DNA of 62,906 bases, filler included, from Octopus bimaculoides (GCF_001194135.2; 7 parts of 6 records of this genome joined end to end with filler, not necessarily neighbours in it); one strand, 5' to 3'; shown: positions 12,973 through 27,307, numbered from the whole stretch's first letter. A program made the numbers and translations. Notes: generated by a model from the letters alone, not told the origin.

Positions 12973-14274
12973 TATATACATACATACGCTTAGCACACCT
13001 TTTCTTGTAACTTGTTACAGTGGTAGAACATGATGAATTCTCAGCTTTCTACTGACCTGTTAATGATACATATTGAATTATACATAATTAAGTTGAAACA
13101 GATGTCATAAATATGCTAATATAGATGCTTTGTTCCAATGTATGAGCTTAGATACTATTTGTAAATTCTGGTACCTCAATATTCAATTAGTAATGCCTTT
13201 CTTCCATTTGGTGTTTGAAATATTTGATGTGTGAGTGGCGGATTACAGGGAAATGGCTACAAAGTTGTATAATGTATAACAACTACTGTTAAGTGGTCAC
13301 TGGTGACTATCTGAAGGCAGATTAATTCATTTACAAGCAATCACCAATAGAAGATATCAATCAATTGCCATAATTATTCGTTTGAGTGATCTCTACATAG
13401 AATATTGTATCAAGTCAATAAGAATGACTTTACATTATTGTCTATAGCGATTTGAAAAGAGATAGCACATGTGAGTTGTCTGTTGCTCACTTCTATGGCC
13501 ATTACTTGCATTCTAAATTCTTTTGATTTTATAGCGTTCGATGCATGACGTGAGAGAAGTATGGTGGCTTAAACGCCAATGTAGTGTATAGATATAGTGC
13601 GTATCGACTGGTACCTTGGTTAATCCTGTTTCCGTCTTAAACCCCCTGCCGTAAAAAAAAAACTTGCTTTTGAAATTTATCGTGAAGTCAAAAGCATGCA
13701 AGATAATAACAATAGGAAAACTCTAACCCCATAACAGGGGAGCATTCGAAGTAATGCTATCATTGTTTTGAAGACGACTAAACATATCACGTTAGTGATC
13801 TCATAAACGTAGACCTGCTACTCATAACCGTATAAGCCAGTAAAATGTATAATCTGTCAGCCTCACTAAAATTGCTTGATGATAAAGACAATATTTAATT
13901 CGTTTCTGAGATTAAAAGCAATGCCTATGAAATATGGATGAAATTACTAGAGTCAGGTGCCATCCAACAGACAGATGAAGAGAAACCTCTCGTCTTTGTT
14001 TAGACAGCTATCTGTGAAAAACAAAACGCTGATGTAACTAAAACCTTCGACCACAAAGATTATATACTTTATGTAAGCGTGCAAGATTGAGAGTGTGTAA
14101 ATGAAATATGCATTGAAATATTGGTTTCAAATTTTGGCACACGGGCAGCAAAATCGGTAAGTAGTGAATTCGATTTCATTGACGACAGTGGTCAACCGGT
14201 ACAGATTTTATCGATACCGAAATGATTTTTCCCTGGCAGCACTTAACATTTCCTTATCGGATTATTCAGCGAAC

Positions 14275-14541
14275 TCTATATATATTAAAATATATCAAAC
14301 TGAGAATGTGCGTCTGTCTGTCAGCATGTGTCCATCACTAAACCGTGAGAACTACCCAACTGATTTCATTCAGATTTTACACATTCCTTGCTTAGGTTAG
14401 AGGCAGTGTCATGAACCAACTTCTTGCTTAACGTGAGCTCAGAGCAATCTCTTATCTCTTACACTATTTCAATATTACGAGTCAAAAGTGAAACAATAAC
14501 ATCTCTATTGTAATGTGAGATAATACTTTCAGTTTTACTAG
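14275..14541 (+). mobile_element. Non-autonomous Helitron-like element
   Basis: Starts TCTATATATATTAAAA then gtctgtctgtc and ends CTAG followed by T; 3' hairpin not evident. Confidence 0.45.
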
Positions 14542-14621
14542 TTTCACTATTAACACTTTCACTATGTATACATATATCAGTCTGATTTCTATTAGTTACA
14601 CTATACATTTATATGCATGTT

Positions 14622-14662
<41 letters not shown>

Positions 14663-14749
14663 NNNNNNNNNNNNNNNNNNNNNNNNNNNNNNNNNNNNNN
14701 NNNNNNNNNNNNNNNNNNNNNNNNNNNNNNNNNNNNNNNNNNNNNNNNN

Positions 14750-14787
<38 letters not shown>

Positions 14788-15452
14788 AATCAAAATAAGC
14801 AACAAGGATATTCAAGGTTAATGCAGTACGATCGTTTCATGCGACTCCATTTATTTAAGCAATGTGAGCATTTCATTAAATGTAAAAGGCAGAGCAATCT
14901 TCAGCTGCACAAAGATACAGAAAATTCACTAAAATTTTATTTCAGTAAATTTATATAAATCTATATCTATGTTTATGCTTCGGTGTCTGTGTTTGTTCCA
15001 CACCGCCATCGCTTAGCAACGAATGTTGGAGTGTTTAGGTCCCCGTAATCTAACAGCTCGACAAAGATATCGATAGAATAAGCACTAGGCTTACAAGTAA
15101 TAAATCCTGTGGTCGATTTGTTCGACCAACGGCGGTGCTCCAGCGTAGCTGCAGTCACATGATTGAAATAAGTAAAACAAAAACAAAAATATGCCGAGCA
15201 AGGCCGAGTATCTCTGCCTGTATCTTATAAAGTAGTTTCTACAGGGAGAAATGAGTCTCCTTATCAGTAAATCATTTGCTTGTTCTGAACATTTCTTTAA
15301 AATATCCAGATAATATTAATGTTATGTTTAAATACACTCTCTCACACACACTCAGGTAAGTACATTCAAATACACAAGTGTAAACATGCACACATACAGA
15401 GGTAATATATAAATATATCACAGCATACACATGCATATATGCATGTGTATAT

Positions 15453-16261
15453 ACAGGGCACGGGGAATAAACTTTCGTCTAAATTACGCAAAAATGAAAA
15501 TAACTCTGATCTCTCATTTAGACAGATATATTTACCAAAATTACATAAAAACATCTTGAAATACTAAAGAATAAATTTACACAAAAATATCGCCATTGGC
15601 TTCAACCGCGGCCTCCAGACGACTTCGGAATCTCCTGCAAGTCTTCTGGACGGTCTCCTTGTTTAAGATGTCTTCAATTCGTTGTTGGTGTTAAAAGGTG
15701 TTTCGTTGGCTGCTCGCTCACAGATGATAATCAAGGGCTTGCGAGTCTGGAGAGTTAGGTGCCCAGATGTTATGGGTAATGTGGTCGCAGAAATTGTCTG
15801 GCAGCAATGCATAGGTACTCCTGCTTGTGCATCATGGTGCAGAGTCCTGTTGCCAGATACATGCTCTTCCAGCAGCCAACCACTTCAACCAGGGCAGCAC
15901 TACCTCTTCCAGGCCATGTGGGAAGATTAAAGGAGGCATAACGTCACCATCACGAGTGATCTCTCCAAACACCATGATGTTGACCGGATATTTCATATTT
16001 ATCACTCTTTGTACAGTCCTCATATTGACACTCAGACACTCTAAAATGTTCGTATCGGAGTTTCCAACGCGGAAGCTAAACAGTACAGCATGTCGTTTAC
16101 AAATTTCTGGCAGAGCGAATTGCGTCATGGTGCTGTTTTTCATACAGACGGTACCCAACAGACCCTACTATACTGTCCAGTCGACAAAATCAAAAACAGA
16201 CAATGCGCATGCGTGAAATTAATAATATAAAATGGCGACAATTTACCCTGTGCACCCTGTG
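15453..16261 (-). mobile_element. Internally deleted Tc1/mariner-superfamily element
   Basis: Minus-strand transposase remnants (IFPHGL, WQQDSAP, C-terminal NTNNELK region). TIR CAGGGTGCACAGGGTAAATTGTCGCC on the right with a degenerate counterpart at about 15453. Confidence 0.8.
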
Positions 16262-16315
16262 TATATATATTTAAAGATAGAGAGAAAGAGAAAGAGAGAC
16301 GCAGATAGATAGATG

Positions 16316-16349
<34 letters not shown>

Positions 16350-16354
16350 CAGAC

Positions 16355-16411
<57 letters not shown>

Positions 16412-17052
16412 TACACACATACATGAATACATACATATATATAAATATGTATGTATATATGTATATGGTGGTGTGTATTTATGTACATATAACTACACAC
16501 CACTATATACATATATACATACATATTTATATATATATATATATNNNNNNNNNNNNNNNNNNNNNNNNNNNNNNNNNNNNNNNNNNNNNNNNNNNNNNNN
16601 NNNNNNNNNNNNNNNNNNNNNNNNNNNNNNNNNNNNNNNNNNNNNNNNNNNNNNNNNNNNNNNNNNNNNNNNNNNNNNNNNNNNNNNNNNNNNNNNNNNN
16701 NNNNNNNNNNNNNNNNNNNNNNNNNNNNNNNNNNNNNNNNNNNNNNNNNNNNNNNNNNNNNNNNNNNNNNNNNNNNNNNNNNNNNNNNNNNNNNNNNNNN
16801 NNNNNNNNNNNNNNNNNNNNNNNNNNNNNNNNNNNNNNNNNNNNNNNNNNNNNNNNNNNNNNNNNNNNNNNNNNNNNNNNNNNNNNNNNNNNNNNNNNNN
16901 NNNNGAGAAATTTGAAAAGACAACACGAAACCGGTTATTTCTCCAAAATACAATGTTTATATACCAAAAAATTTTATAACATTTTTCTGACATAATTTAA
17001 ATATATACTTTAACCATGTAACACAAGCCTTCTGTAGTTTTTTCACTCTTAT

Positions 17053-17095
<43 letters not shown>

Positions 17096-18814
17096 GACCA
17101 TTTACAAAAATATGTTTCACACAGCGATATAAATGATTTACATAGTATCTTATAAAACATTTTATTCTTGTGGAGTTTTTCTTTAATAATATTTACTGTT
17201 GGCTATTCACCAGCACATCGCTTCTTTATCTTTTGTTTCCTGATTTATAATGTAATCCGACATACAATGCTCATAAGGCAGACATTGTATACATGAAAAC
17301 AGGCAATTTCATCTCCTTTGCATTTATTAAGTGGCTAATTTGTGTGGTTACTTCATTTTGCTCCGAGGACAATATAAACTGTGAAACTATAGCAAACATC
17401 TCAATTAAGAGGGGATATAATCAGTTTATGTTAGGTTAAAGCGTACATCGCAGACTGAAAATCAATTAACATTATCGAACGATTATAAATTTTTTTCTTA
17501 TGCAAATGTACATAACCTCAATATTGATTTATTATACAGAAGGAAGGCCTCTGATTTATAATTGAATGAAGGTAAGGTTGTGTGACGTTCAGTCTTTCTT
17601 TAGTGTTTTCAGCGATGTAATTGGAAAGAAAGGATTAAAAAAATCTGCAAAATTGGTCTTTCGAAAAGTAGAAATGTGATGAAAGAATTTCTGAAAGTAG
17701 ACTAATATAGATCTGAGATTGGTTTCTCTTTATACAAAAATGAGTACCACATTTAATAACAGAATGAAACATAAAATATAAAAATGACCCAATTTCGCTG
17801 CTATTTTTAGTCGCACTAAGCATACATTATATGTAGACAGAAAATAAGAATATAAAACGAAAATTGACATAGAGTTAGGAGAAAGATTTTTAACAGTGGA
17901 CGTCAAGGGGGTGTAAGAGAAGAAAAAAATTGTATATATTATTGATAATTAATTGTTTATTTTGTCTCATTACAGCATGTCTTTTTTTCTATTTTTAGTC
18001 ATAAATCAATCTTAAACTTATGTCAACGCTGCATCAAACAAACGCTTTGCCGTACACATGGCACAACGTCTTCAAGGCTTTCTGAAATGATTCAATTTCA
18101 AAGAGGGAAGGTGGGATTTTGAGGAAAGCCTAATTTTCTTGAAGAGAAATGCATCTCAGATAATTTTTTATAGCGAATTCAAAATCAATATGTGATCATT
18201 TCCTGCCATGACACACTAGAATGAATAATATCAATATGTTACATTTAGTTTACGACTAACATATCTATTCTAAGAAACGTTAAAATTCTAATTGGAAATA
18301 ATAAGTAGAGAAAAAATTGAAACTAAAACACAAAACACAGCTAGCTGTCTGGATTGTTAGCACGATGGGCAAAATGCATAGCAACGGTTCGCCAGTCTTT
18401 ATATTCGGAGTTCAATTTCCACCGTGGTCGACTTTGAAATACATCCTCTCCAGATCGATAAAATAAGTACCAGTACGAATCAATATAATCGACTATCCCC
18501 TTCTACGATATTGCTGACCATGAGCCAGAATATGAGAGCAATATTATCTATTTTCTCAATGCGAGAACCTGGCAGAATCGTCAGCACCCTTGGCAAAATG
18601 CTTACGTTCTAAGTTCAAATTCCACTGAGGCTGACCTAGTCTTTCATCCCTTCGGGTTTGATGAAATAAGTTCCAGTCGAGCACTAAGTCGATGTAATAT
18701 ACTTACCCACATCCATCAAATTACTGGCCTTGTGCCAATAAAATTTTATTTACCTACTTCTACAATATGAAAATTCCTGAATTCATCACCTAAATATAAA
18801 CTTTACTGCGAAAC

Positions 18815-19045
18815 TTAGATATCAACGTAACTTTTCCGAGTAGAGACGGGAGAATGTTTAGGGAAATGTACACGGGATAGCGTAGAAAAACAGATATGCC
18901 AAAACAAAGAAAATATTTCCAGGTGCATGTAGGGAGACCAAAAGTTAGAATTGAATATTTGAGTCATGACTCTATTAGTTGCTGCTGATATATTAAATAA
19001 TACGAACGCTAACACAACGGTAATCAGAATTGAACGCTCAAGTTT
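18815..19045 (-). CDS. Candidate exon or pseudogene piece with a hydrophobic segment
   Basis: After ttAG, 76 open codons KLERSILITVVLAFVLFNISAATNRVMTQIFNSNFWSPYMHLEIFSLFWHICF...SYVDI*; one clear TM/signal-like stretch. Confidence 0.2.
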   Translation of the reverse strand, partial: KLERSILITVVLAFVLFNISAATNRVMTQIFNSNFWSPYMHLEIFSLFWHICFSTLSRVHFPKHSPVSTRKSYVDI

Positions 19046-19693
19046 CTAAGTTTGTAGTGCCGCCGCAATAGCTATTCAAAATTTAATGACACACTGTATT
19101 ACATGTATGAAAAGGCTATGAGTTAGACAGGTTTGCAGTTGCTCTGACAACAACTATGCATTTCGTCTAAAAGGTTTCGAACAATATCCTGGCATATAAA
19201 ATAAGCCTTCGAAATAACAACTCCATGGTGGTACAAGATCAAACAGTTACATATAGATCTCTCTTTACTATCTTATCCTAACTGTTGTGGGTTGCTTTAA
19301 TTCTACAAAGATACACACACACACTCACACAAATACGTACACATACACGCATAAACACATACATTCATATACTAACATTTCTAGGTATGCATATTACGGC
19401 AATCGTCTTGTCCTGAAACAAACAATAAAAATAGTGGGTGCCTCAATGAAGATCCAGATAACGACATAGCATATATAATTTTTCGTACAACGTTATACAA
19501 TAATCAACAGCAATATAAAAATATGCTTCAAAACCCAAGTATAACACAAACTGCAGCAGGTATTAAAGACTAAGATAATTAAACCAGAATAGAATTAAAG
19601 ACACCGAAATTTACCATTAAAGTATTATGGGAGGGCTAGCAGATTGAATTATTGCAAATTCTCTACGGTGTGTGTATTTATACTAACACGTAT

Positions 19694-19856
19694 TTATACC
19701 AATACTTTTTTAAACAACATCTTTCTCATTCGATTATAAAAAGCATTTCCTTCATTCGATTTCTTCGTCTGAAATCCATCCTTTTCTCTGATGAGTGGAT
19801 ATACTTCCCAGCGATGCTTATCAACTTTAGATTTCACTTTGAGATGTAGTATATTC
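19694..19856 (-). CDS. Candidate exon, unknown product
   Basis: Strong acceptor atcctttcAG; 53 open codons NILHLKVKSKVDKHRWEVYPLIREKDGFQTKKSNEGNAFYNRMRKMLFKKVLV* in AT-rich unique sequence. Confidence 0.25.
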
Positions 19857-20809
19857 CTGAAAGGATCGTAAGGCCTTTCAAATTTTTTTTTATGTTAAGG
19901 ATCATAACTGTAGTTTATTTATTCATTAATACAATATTGCTTATATTATGCACTTATCTCTATTGGAATTTTAAGATATAACTTTTCCTACCTTTACTCA
20001 CTAATATATATATTATAATGGAGAAAGCAATTATTAAAGGCTTGATCATGTGGAAATTTTTTAAAATTCATATTCCAAGAAATTTCCTATAACTTCGATT
20101 TCTGAACTTTATTGGATTTTGGAACTCCAATTTCTCACAAATTTAAATATTCGTTGCATTCACTGCGGTATATTCTATTTTCATTTGCAAAGTTTCTCAT
20201 TCTCTCTTTCAATGTTTTCATTTCAAGTTTTAATTCACTATTTGGAAAACCGACAGTTTATTCTATTAATGTATACGCAATGTATAAACATTATTTATTG
20301 AATGCAATTTTTTTTATATACTGGTATAATTTTTGTAAAAAAAATTAAGTGATTCTGTTGTTATGGCTGTTTCAAACGCTATAACGATATCACTTTTAAA
20401 TAATAACTAGACGGACCGATTTTGACCATTTTCTTTTTTTAAGTTAAAAACCATGGGAGGAGCCTTTTATCTAAAAACAAAATACGAATATTGCAAATAT
20501 TTTCATAGGAAAAGGTGAACAATTCAAGGGAGTTTTCGCTGTTGTTTCTAGCACATTCTCCGGTTTTCACTCTCATACGTATTGATATTTATTCAATATT
20601 TTTCTGCAATTAAACACATTTTATGGGATGATGATGCCGAAGTAACAAACGCGTGGTCCATTGGTGGAATATAAGCAACAAATAAATTATGATCTAAATT
20701 TTTACCCGCACTTGGATAAAACGAAGCCATGTGTGTCTAAGGAAAAAACATTTTCTAACAGAAAGGTATACTGTTAAAATGAATTATTGTTTACATAACT
20801 TTTTTGTGC

Positions 20810-20897
20810 ACATGTGTGTGTGAGAGAGAGAGAGGAAGAGAGAACGATTGAGAGAAGGTGTGTTGTCATGTTTATTCTTTTGCATGTATATGTAAGT

Positions 20898-20949
<52 letters not shown>

Positions 20950-21562
20950 CACATACATATACACGTACATCCATACATCTTTTTTGTATGTACGTGTGCT
21001 GGTGCATGAAAGAGAGAAGGAGAGTATGTGTAAATGGTACTCTTTCCCCCCCTCTCTCTCTCTCTCTCATGCACACACACACACACTATCTTTCATATAC
21101 ACGTACATATATAAATTCATATGCATACATTTTTCGTCTGTATGTTTGTGAGAGAGAGGCAGATAGAGAGAGAGAGTGAATGAAGATGTGTGTTGTCATG
21201 CATGTATTTTTTCACTTTCTCTCTCACACACACACGCACACGTTATCTTTCATATACACGTACATACATAAATACATATGCATACCTATTTTCCGAATAT
21301 GTATGTGTGCGTGTGAGTGCGAGAGAGATAGGAAGAGAGAGAGTGAAGGTGTGTGTTGTCATGTATGTACTTTTTGCATGTATGTGTAAGTGGCTTCCAC
21401 TTTCTCTCACACACGCGTACACATCTTTCGTATACACGTATATACATAAATACAAATGCATAATCTTTTTTGTATGTATGTGTGGACGTGTGAGAGAGAG
21501 AGAGAGAGAGAGAGTGAATGCCACTTGCAGGTATATACAAGAATTACATACATGACCACACA

Positions 21563-21602
<40 letters not shown>
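20810..21602. repeat. Compound minisatellite built from (GA)n/(CT)n/(CA)n modules, about 4 degenerate units
   Basis: Recurring GTGAAGGTGTGTGTTGTCATG, TTTTGCATGTATGTGTAAGTGGC and TATACACGTA motifs. Confidence 0.75.
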
Positions 21603-23354
21603 NNNNNNNNNNNNNNNNNNNNNNNNNNNNNNNNNNNNNNNNNNNNNNNNNNNNNNNNNNNNNNNNNNNNNNNNNNNNNNNNNNNNNNNNNNNNNNNNNN
21701 NNNNNNNNNNNNNNNNNNNNNNNNNNNNNNNNNNNNNNNNNNNNNNNNNNNNNNNNNNNNNNNNNNNNNNNNNNNNNNNNNNNNNNNNNNNNNNNNNNNN
21801 NNNNNNNNNNNNNNNNNNNNNNNNNNNNNNNNNNNNNNNNNNNNNNNNNNNNNNNNNNNNNNNNNNNNNNNNNNNNNNNNNNNNNNNNNNNNNNNNNNNN
21901 NNNNNNNNNNNNNNNNNNNNNNNNNNNNNNNNNNNNNNNNNNNNNNNNNNNNNNNNNNNNNNNNNNNNNNNNNNNNNNNNNNNNNNNNNNNNNNNNNNNN
22001 NNNNNNNNNNNNNNNNNNNNNNNNNNNNNNNNNNNNNNNNNNNNNNNNNNNNNNNNNNNNNNNNNNNNNNNNNNNNNNNNNNNNNNNNNNNNNNNNNNNN
22101 TTAACAATATTTTATTTCTATTTTTACCGAACATGCTCTTTCCATGGTTTTGACGGGCAAAAGAAATTGGCCAAAATAGGTCCGGAAGGGGATAATGACG
22201 GAGGGGTGTAAAAAAAGAGTTTTCAAAACTTTTTTAATATAAAGATGACCCCCAGACACTCCCATCCCACTCCACCATTTCGAAGGCTACGGTTTAAAAC
22301 AAATGAGGAAAATCTACGAAAAGATTTTCCCCACAAATTTGTTTATAATCGTAATCTATGCCGTTTGAAATGGATTTGTATAAAGTTTCATTAAACATAC
22401 ACATTTTCCTGACTGAAAATTATGAGGGAAAAAAACTCAGATCGTGTGAATTTTTCGAAACTTCTCTCTCCAACATCACCAAAACCACCACCACCACCAC
22501 CCCACCCCACACACCCCTCAGAAAAATTATTTCCCATATATCACTATATACTCTGAAGCTACAACATCTAAGCGGCATTTGTTGAGAATTTTGTTAAAAG
22601 GTATCTATTTTTCTGGATGTTATGAAGCAACAAAATCAGGGGCGTATAAATCTGTAGTAATGCCCGTTTATTTATATGATTTTTCATTTCATGTTTATTT
22701 CCGTCATTGTTTGCAATGTTCTCTCTCTCCCTCTCTTTCTCTCTCTCTCTCTCGCTCGCACACACAGTGCAAAGCTTACAGATGAGCTGCTGAAATGAAA
22801 TCTCTGTGCTGCTTTGAGGGGAAGGTAAAACTTGACAAATTGCTTCTCCCTCCATTGTTGGACTACCATGATGTTTGTTTAAAAAAGAAAGAGTGATTGT
22901 GACTGTGATAAAGTCATAAAAGCAGTATTTACTAAGCAAGTAAGCACTATTATGCAAAGAAACAATTAGAATAGAATATTAAAATTATTAGAATTGGGAA
23001 TCAAATGTGAAAATACTTTCAAGTGGCCAGGGCTGTCTTTCTGATAGTGTATATATATATNNNNNNNNNNNNNNNNNNNNNNNNNNNNNNNNNNNNNNNN
23101 NNNNNNNNNNNNNNNNNNNNNNNNNNNNNNNNNNNNNNNNNNNNNNNNNNNNNNNNNNNNNNNNNNNNNNNNNNNNNNATATACAATATGAGTATTTTGG
23201 CTCACTGTCGATCTAAATGAATACGTACGCTATGTCAGTGCTTTAATTGGTCATCCGTTAGGTTCCCAGTTCGGAGGTAGGGATCCGTAGTAGGCGTCAG
23301 AGTTAGTAGGTATATTTTAGAGGAGAAAAGACAAGAAAAACTAAGGCAGTACGA

Positions 23355-24315
23355 GTATCTCAAGTTATTTAGAATATCTAATTAGAGTAAGTGAATTTGA
23401 AGTAATTAATTAGTTAATTAAGTAATGGATTTCTTGCTGCTGTTTCTGGGATATCGCAAGCGAGATAATTTAGCATTTCCATGCACTAGGTATTCCACTA
23501 TCAGAGATAAGGTGAGTGTATATGGAAGTTCTAGAAAGGGAATTCAGTTTCTAAAGCAATAAAATAGTAGATAGAAGAATAAAGAGTAAAACAGTAGATA
23601 GAAGAATACAAACACGAGAATAAAGTTTACAACTCATGTTTTTCTAGAGGGTGTGGAAGTTAGTCCGTACTTCCGCGAAGGTGTAGTTCCTCGAGCATAA
23701 TCCCAGGTTGTACGTTGCGTTCATGTTGAAGGACTACATCAACTGGTTAGCTGTTATGAATATGTTCCACGTGGGTATACAGAGTGAGAAAGACAGGCAC
23801 GTTAAACATTTATGAGTTGTATTTGTCTATCATTATATGTCTTTCTCACTCTATATACCGACGTGGACCATTTTCATACTAGCGATCCACTAAATTTGTT
23901 CCTTTAACATGAACGCAACATTCCAAATACTGCCATAATACTACATGGATTTACTTGGGATTATACTTGACCTACATCCTCACAGAAGTACGGACCAGCC
24001 TCCATATCTTCTGGAAGAAAATGAGCAGTGAACTTTATTCTCCTGTCTGTATACTTCTATCTACTGTTTAATCTTTTTATTCTATTGTCTACTATTTCTA
24101 TTCCTTTAGAAACTGGGAATTCCCTGAAGAGAACATTCATGCATAATCACCTTCTCTCTCATGACGGAATACCTCATGTATGGAGATGCTAACTTATCAC
24201 TTGGGATATCCCACAAACAGCTGTAAGACATCTAATAATTAATTAATTAACTAATTAATTAATTACTTCAAATCGACCTTACTCTAATTAAATATTCTAA
24301 ATGACTCGAGATTCT
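23355..24315. mobile_element. Foldback/MITE-like element with long nested inverted repeats
   Basis: About 125-nt outer IR (23355-23480 vs 24190-24315) and an inner IR (about 23710-23790 vs 23835-23928). Confidence 0.7.
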
Positions 24316-25212
24316 AGCCCTACAATATAGTATCATCTATTAAAGCGAAGAAATCATGTAAAACGTGATAGATATATAGCTGTATAACGAAACCTTACTA
24401 CTTAGTGCTTCTAAACAAACAAATACCTGTAAGTTCGATATTGAATAATTATGCTTTTGTGATAAGAAAGAGTAAATGCTAGTTTCTATGTAGAAGAGAA
24501 AGATCTGAATTACGATGATTATATATTGTCATATATAGATACGGCCTGAGGCCAGTTACATTCTCTTGAAATGCAATGCTCCGAGAATGTTGATTTCTTA
24601 TATCATAACGGCTGCGAATTAAGAAATGGATGTAAATATTGACTCGAATCTATTGTTCTGTCGTAATATTGATTTAAACTAGCTAGGGGCTTTGTGTTAT
24701 TCAATCAGAGAAATGAGCTGCTATGACACTGATGCCTTTCTCAGAGACAATAGAAACAAGATTACGATATTGATTTTCGACTTAGATATCATTGTAGTTT
24801 TTATTATTACCGTTCTTGCTGTAATTATCACACTCGTTTAAACTCTACAATGTAGACCATTGATGAAAGGCATTCCAGTCTTTAAATTTTCCAACATACA
24901 TCACTCATAGAAAACAACATTCAATATCTGAACGTATCTACAATGGTCTGTTGGTTCAAGTAGATTTGTTTACTTTTTCTAACAAATCGAATACATACAT
25001 ACATACATACATGCATACATACACATGTACATACACACCTACGCGCACATACACAGCATTCACGTGTACAAATATACACATATACGTACATACATACATA
25101 CAAATATAGCGTCTGGTAATATTTTACATGTATCACGTCCTCGCGTTGTTGTTTTTTTGTGTTTGATCTTTTTGGGGATTTACTATATACATATATACAT
25201 ATGCATACACAC

Positions 25213-25254
<42 letters not shown>

Positions 25255-25775
25255 NNNNNNNNNNNNNNNNNNNNNNNNNNNNNNNNNNNNNNNNNNNNNN
25301 NNNNNNNNNNNNNNNNNNNNNNNNNNNNNNNNNNNNNNNNNNNNNNNNNNNNNNNNNNNNNNNNNNNNNNNNNNNNNNNNNNNNNNNNNNNNNNNNNNNN
25401 NNNNNNNNNNNNNNNNNNNNNNNNNNNNNNNNNNNNNNNNNNNNNNNNNNNNNNNNNNNNNNNNNNNNNNNNNNNNNNNNNNNNNNNNNNNNNNNNNNNN
25501 NNNNNNNNNNNNNNNNNNNNNNNNNNNNNNNNNNNNNNNNNNNNNNNNNNNNNNNNNNNNNNNNNNNNNNNNNNNNNNNNNNNNNNNNNNNNNNNNNNNN
25601 NNNNNNNNNNNNNNNNNNNNNNNNNNNNNNNNNNNNNNNNNNNNNNNNNNNNNNNNNNNNNNNNNNNNNNNNNNNNNNNNNNNNNNNNNNNNNNNNNNNN
25701 NNNNNNNNNNNNNNNNNNNNNNNNNNNNNNNNNNNTGGAGAGTGATAGATAGAAATATAGGTAGGTAGATAGGCT

Positions 25776-25833
<58 letters not shown>

Positions 25834-25861
25834 CATACAGACAGATAGATAGATAGATAGC

Positions 25862-25935
<74 letters not shown>

Positions 25936-25976
25936 GTTAGTCAGATAGATAGACAGATAGGTAGATAGACAGTGCG

Positions 25977-26359
25977 GAAGGGGTATCCCTCTTCCTATTC
26001 ACCACTAAATTATATATTTAGTTCTTCAACATTGTATAGGCATGGGTATAAGAGTGGTGACCTCTTCAAAAAATATATATATAGTTGCGGTTTGGTTATC
26101 ACTGAAAGTCATTTTGCTTTCTTTCTCTCTTCCCTTTTCCTTCTTTTTTTCCTTTTTTCTTACTTTTTCTCCTCTTTGAGTTATATTTCGAATACAAAAT
26201 ATGTAAACATTCAAATATGGACGGAATTTTGTGATGAATTGTAGTTCAGCACGAAAAAACATTTGTATAATATTTGGAAATATTACCCAGTCCAATAGAA
26301 TGGGAAGGGACTAAATAAATACAGGAATAAATGGTGAATAGGAAGAGGATACCCCCTTC
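25977..26359. mobile_element. MITE with about 50-nt TIRs
   Basis: GAAGGGGTATCCCTCTTCCTATTCACCA... mirrored by ...TGGTGAATAGGAAGAGGATACCCCCTTC. Confidence 0.65.
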
Positions 26360-26686
26360 TCTCTATCTACCTATATTCATGTCTATCCATCTCCAATGTC
26401 ATAGACCCCACCCCCAGAAAAAAAACGATGTTCTCTTCTAAACAAAACAACCCCAGAATCAGCTATTTTATATAAATGAACAAGCCGTTTGTACATTCAT
26501 AAAATTGTATTTGACAAGTCCGAGAGACGAACGAAAGCGCTAACAATAATGACGAAATAGAAAGATATTTTTTTCCCAAATTCTGACGACTTTTTCTCTC
26601 AATATTCAATTTCTGTACATCACACTTAACGCTATATACATATATACACATATATACACGCACATACACACACATACGTATACACA

Positions 26687-26746
<60 letters not shown>

Positions 26747-27307
26747 NNNNNNNNNNNNNNNNNNNNNNNNNNNNNNNNNNNNNNNNNNNNTTAATTAATT
26801 AANNNNNNNNNNNNNNNNNNNNNNNNNNNNNNNNNNNNNNNNNNNNGTGGTAATCTTGGTTGGCGCACGACGCTGGTGGCGAAAAGACTGTTTGGTGATG
26901 AGTGTTTGAAAAGGTACGCTTTTACAGAACGATCGACAGACAAATCTTTGTACGACCATTAGCGAAAACCTCGAAGAAAAATTTTCTTAACCCAAGATGA
27001 AAGAACGACCGTGCGAAATGAATAACAAGAGTTATTGTGTAGTATAAAAGATGTATGTGTAATGTGAGAGTGTGAATGCGACATATAAGAACATAAAAAG
27101 CAGGCTGTAATTCTTGTCTGTTTTTCGTGAGTGGAAAAAAATCCACTCTAACAGAGGCGAGAATAAAAACCGCTCTTGTTTAGTCGTGTTGACTATGGTT
27201 GGAGATGTTGGTAATCCGTAGTTCAGTCTCCATGGCCGTATTTGTTCTTTAGTCGAGGTTCACCAGTTATAAGTTGGTAGTCCAAAGTCCATGCTGCGTT
27301 TTTTCTT

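Noticed and set aside
15245-15355. Plus-strand AG...GTAAGT exon-like unit (similar at about 17540-17571)
   Set aside because: Stops in all frames from the best acceptor; such sites arise by chance, and non-coding exons cannot be supported without RNA data.
17350-17400. Minus-strand YIVLGAK resembling the S1 segment after AAHC
   Set aside because: Followed immediately by TGA, with no Asp102 motif.
20810-21602. Repeat-spacer-like periodicity that could suggest a CRISPR-like array
   Set aside because: Units are degenerate microsatellite composites without unique spacers, and the context is eukaryotic with no cas genes.
24715-24790. Signal-peptide-like MISKSKINIVILFLLSLRKASVS on the minus strand
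   Set aside because: Ends in a stop with no usable donor; also on the wrong side to serve the protease gene.
26747-26846. TTAATTAATTAA centred in 44+44 N (also 40925, 45988, 49445, 51571, 58145), which looks like a recurring PacI-like site
   Set aside because: Identical 100-nt layout six times; the 12-mer gives stops in all six frames. This is assembly padding for unsized gaps, not biology.
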